Below the pieces are notes generated by a model. The model did no database searches, had not been told where the DNA came from, and saw only the letters and a program-made list of their open reading frames with translations. A stretch of DNA of 64,000 nucleotides, from contig OX638158.1 of the NCBI GenBank assembly GCA_951804945.1, positions 34,782,001 through 34,846,000 of the forward strand, in the 5' to 3' direction. Below, piece by piece: positions 62,265 to 64,000 of this stretch. The position numbers were made by a program, and so were the translations under genes. How positions within the stretch are numbered: the stretch's first letter is position 1; each line of letters opens with the position of its first letter. The DNA is from Podarcis cretensis. Taxonomy: Eukaryota.

Positions 62265-62854
62265 AACTTCTTTTAATTGCCTCTAATTGTGTTATAATTG
62301 TTGTTTTATATTGTACTTTCCATAGCATGATTTATTTTATTCATACTTGTATACTGCCATGATATCCACATAGACAAATAATGGTCTAGATTTCTTAAAC
62401 AAATTAATACAGTCATATTCATCTTCTAGGTTCAATGCTGCTGCTGCTGCTGCTGCTGAAAATATGAGCTATCAATGTTGCAAAGCTCAGGTCTTACTAC
62501 ATGTCAGATACAAATACTTAGAAGATTACGACTGTTCCATGTCAAATAAAAAAAATTAAATAAAGAGTTGGTAGTAGCAATAATTATTCAGCACAGAGTT
62601 AGAAAAAAGTCAAGTTTAGCAAAAGAGATTTTCACGAAGTATTTAGCAAACACTGCATTGTAAATATGAAGTGCAAATTTTTCTAAGACAGGATGTACTT
62701 TCACCTGTTTCAATTCTGATTAATTATAAAAGGCATTGTGTCTTTTCAAAAAACAAACACGATTGCTGTGACATCAGAGGATGGCAAGAATGGAAAACCA
62801 CTAATGTCAAGTGAAGAAAGAATGAGCAATTTTTCCCTGAGAGCTGCTGATTCT

Positions 62855-62908
62855 AATTAGCTTCCTGGTGAACATTTAGCTAAGGAATTAGTTTCCTGGT
62901 GAACATTT
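62855..62908. repeat. 23-bp direct repeat, 31-bp period
   Basis: aattag(c/t)ttcctggtgaacattt twice. Confidence 0.85.
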
Positions 62909-63524
62909 GTCAGCTCTTTAGCTTACATTAACTTGGAGTTAAGAAACTTGTTGAATCATACATCAGTTTTTGTAAAACTAAAAACCTTATACAAACAAGG
63001 ATCTAAAACCAAAAGGTTAAAGTTCAGATGGGTGTAACCCATAGCATTAAGAAGGGCATGAAGCATGGGCTTAACTACCGGTAAATGCTATCTATGTTTT
63101 CTTTCTTTCTGTCCCAGAACGTGAGCAGCTTCAGCCCATAATAAGACTTCTTTCTCAAGCATATATTTTATTAGGGTGGAATGTACCAAAAGATTTATAA
63201 ACACACCTTCAGAAAATGGCATGACAATGTTAAACGTCCTTGCTTAAAAAAGAGAGAAACAAATACAAAATACATAAACCAATAGCTTTTATTGAACCAA
63301 TATAGGTACTACTACTACCAGTAATAATACTGTATAGGTAGATCTCATCCTACACACAGGTTACATTCCTGGCTATCACATCTATAAGCAAAAATCACAT
63401 AAAGCCAGAATGACCCCCATGTGGCCACTGCTACCTATTCAAAAACATTACAGAGTGAACCTTGCCCACAGAAGGCAGAGGTGTTTATAAGGTTGAATTC
63501 ACTGGAAAAAAAGTATTTATGTAC

Positions 63525-63788
63525 TGTTATGTACTGAAGTTCTCACCCTGGGCCAGCAGGGGGATACTGTAAATAGTTTTCACTCAGGTCCGTATATGCA
63601 AATAAGGAATTGAAAGTGACATTCAGTGATTGGATAGTTACAGAAAGTTGTTACTGTTGCCATGTAGTTGAGCTTTATATAAGCAGGTTGGCTGAACCCT
63701 TCAGCCCTGTTCTGTTCTGGCCTGTGAATAAACAAGAGCTGTCTGAAGAATTGCTGTGTCGTCTGATATGTTCACCCACAACATAACA
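63525..63788 (+). mobile_element. Solo LTR (probably Gypsy/Ty3-type)
   Basis: TGTTATGT...ACATAACA inverted termini; TATATAAG 63676-63683 then AATAAA 63727-63732; no internal ORFs or primer-binding site. Confidence 0.8.
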
Positions 63789-64000
63789 TTATCCATATTA
63801 CTCTTCCTTATACAGACCCACCCATACAGACACATCTTTCAACACTCTAAAATTACAACAGCCAAGAGAAAATTCCTTCCAAGATGAGTCATTGGGAACA
63901 GCCTTTCCCTTTCCCTTGCAGCATGGTGTTATCAGTATGCTAATGACACTGAGCTCTAATTCTCCTTGAGTCAGGTGAATGCCAAGATGCAGTTATAGGT

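Noticed and set aside
61000-64000. Divergent gene sharing the UTP20 promoter
   Set aside because: No recognisable exon; the region is mostly repeat remnants and AT-rich sequence

Overview
Vertebrate genomic DNA from a squamate reptile; the repeat content (Sauria SINEs, a Squam3-type CORE-SINE with a (CTT)n tail, a young L2) points to a lacertid lizard. Two conserved, convergent genes are present. (1) The last two coding exons and 3' UTR of ARL1 on + (72-417). (2) The complete UTP20 gene (SSU processome HEAT-repeat protein) on -, which I reconstructed by hand as 62 GT-AG coding exons from ATG 60665 to TGA 2209 (8415 nt, 2804 aa, phases consistent), with a promoter at about 60770-60910 and an ATTAAA signal at 1817-1822. 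Most ORF-track entries are exon fragments read into introns or repeat noise. Introns and flanks are rich in non-autonomous elements: Sauria, Squam-type and tRNA-derived SINEs, L2 and CR1 3' ends, pogo/Tigger-like, Tc2-like, mariner-like and hAT MITEs, and one solo LTR. I found no evidence for a novel multi-gene system. The best second-look items are a 35-bp intronic hairpin that is fully paired only on the UTP20 sense strand, a SINE inserted at a branch-point position carrying a sense AATAAA, uORFs in the UTP20 leader, a promoter-loaded solo LTR, and three MITE subfamilies that share one terminus. Homology calls rest on recalled protein and repeat sequences, not on database searches.
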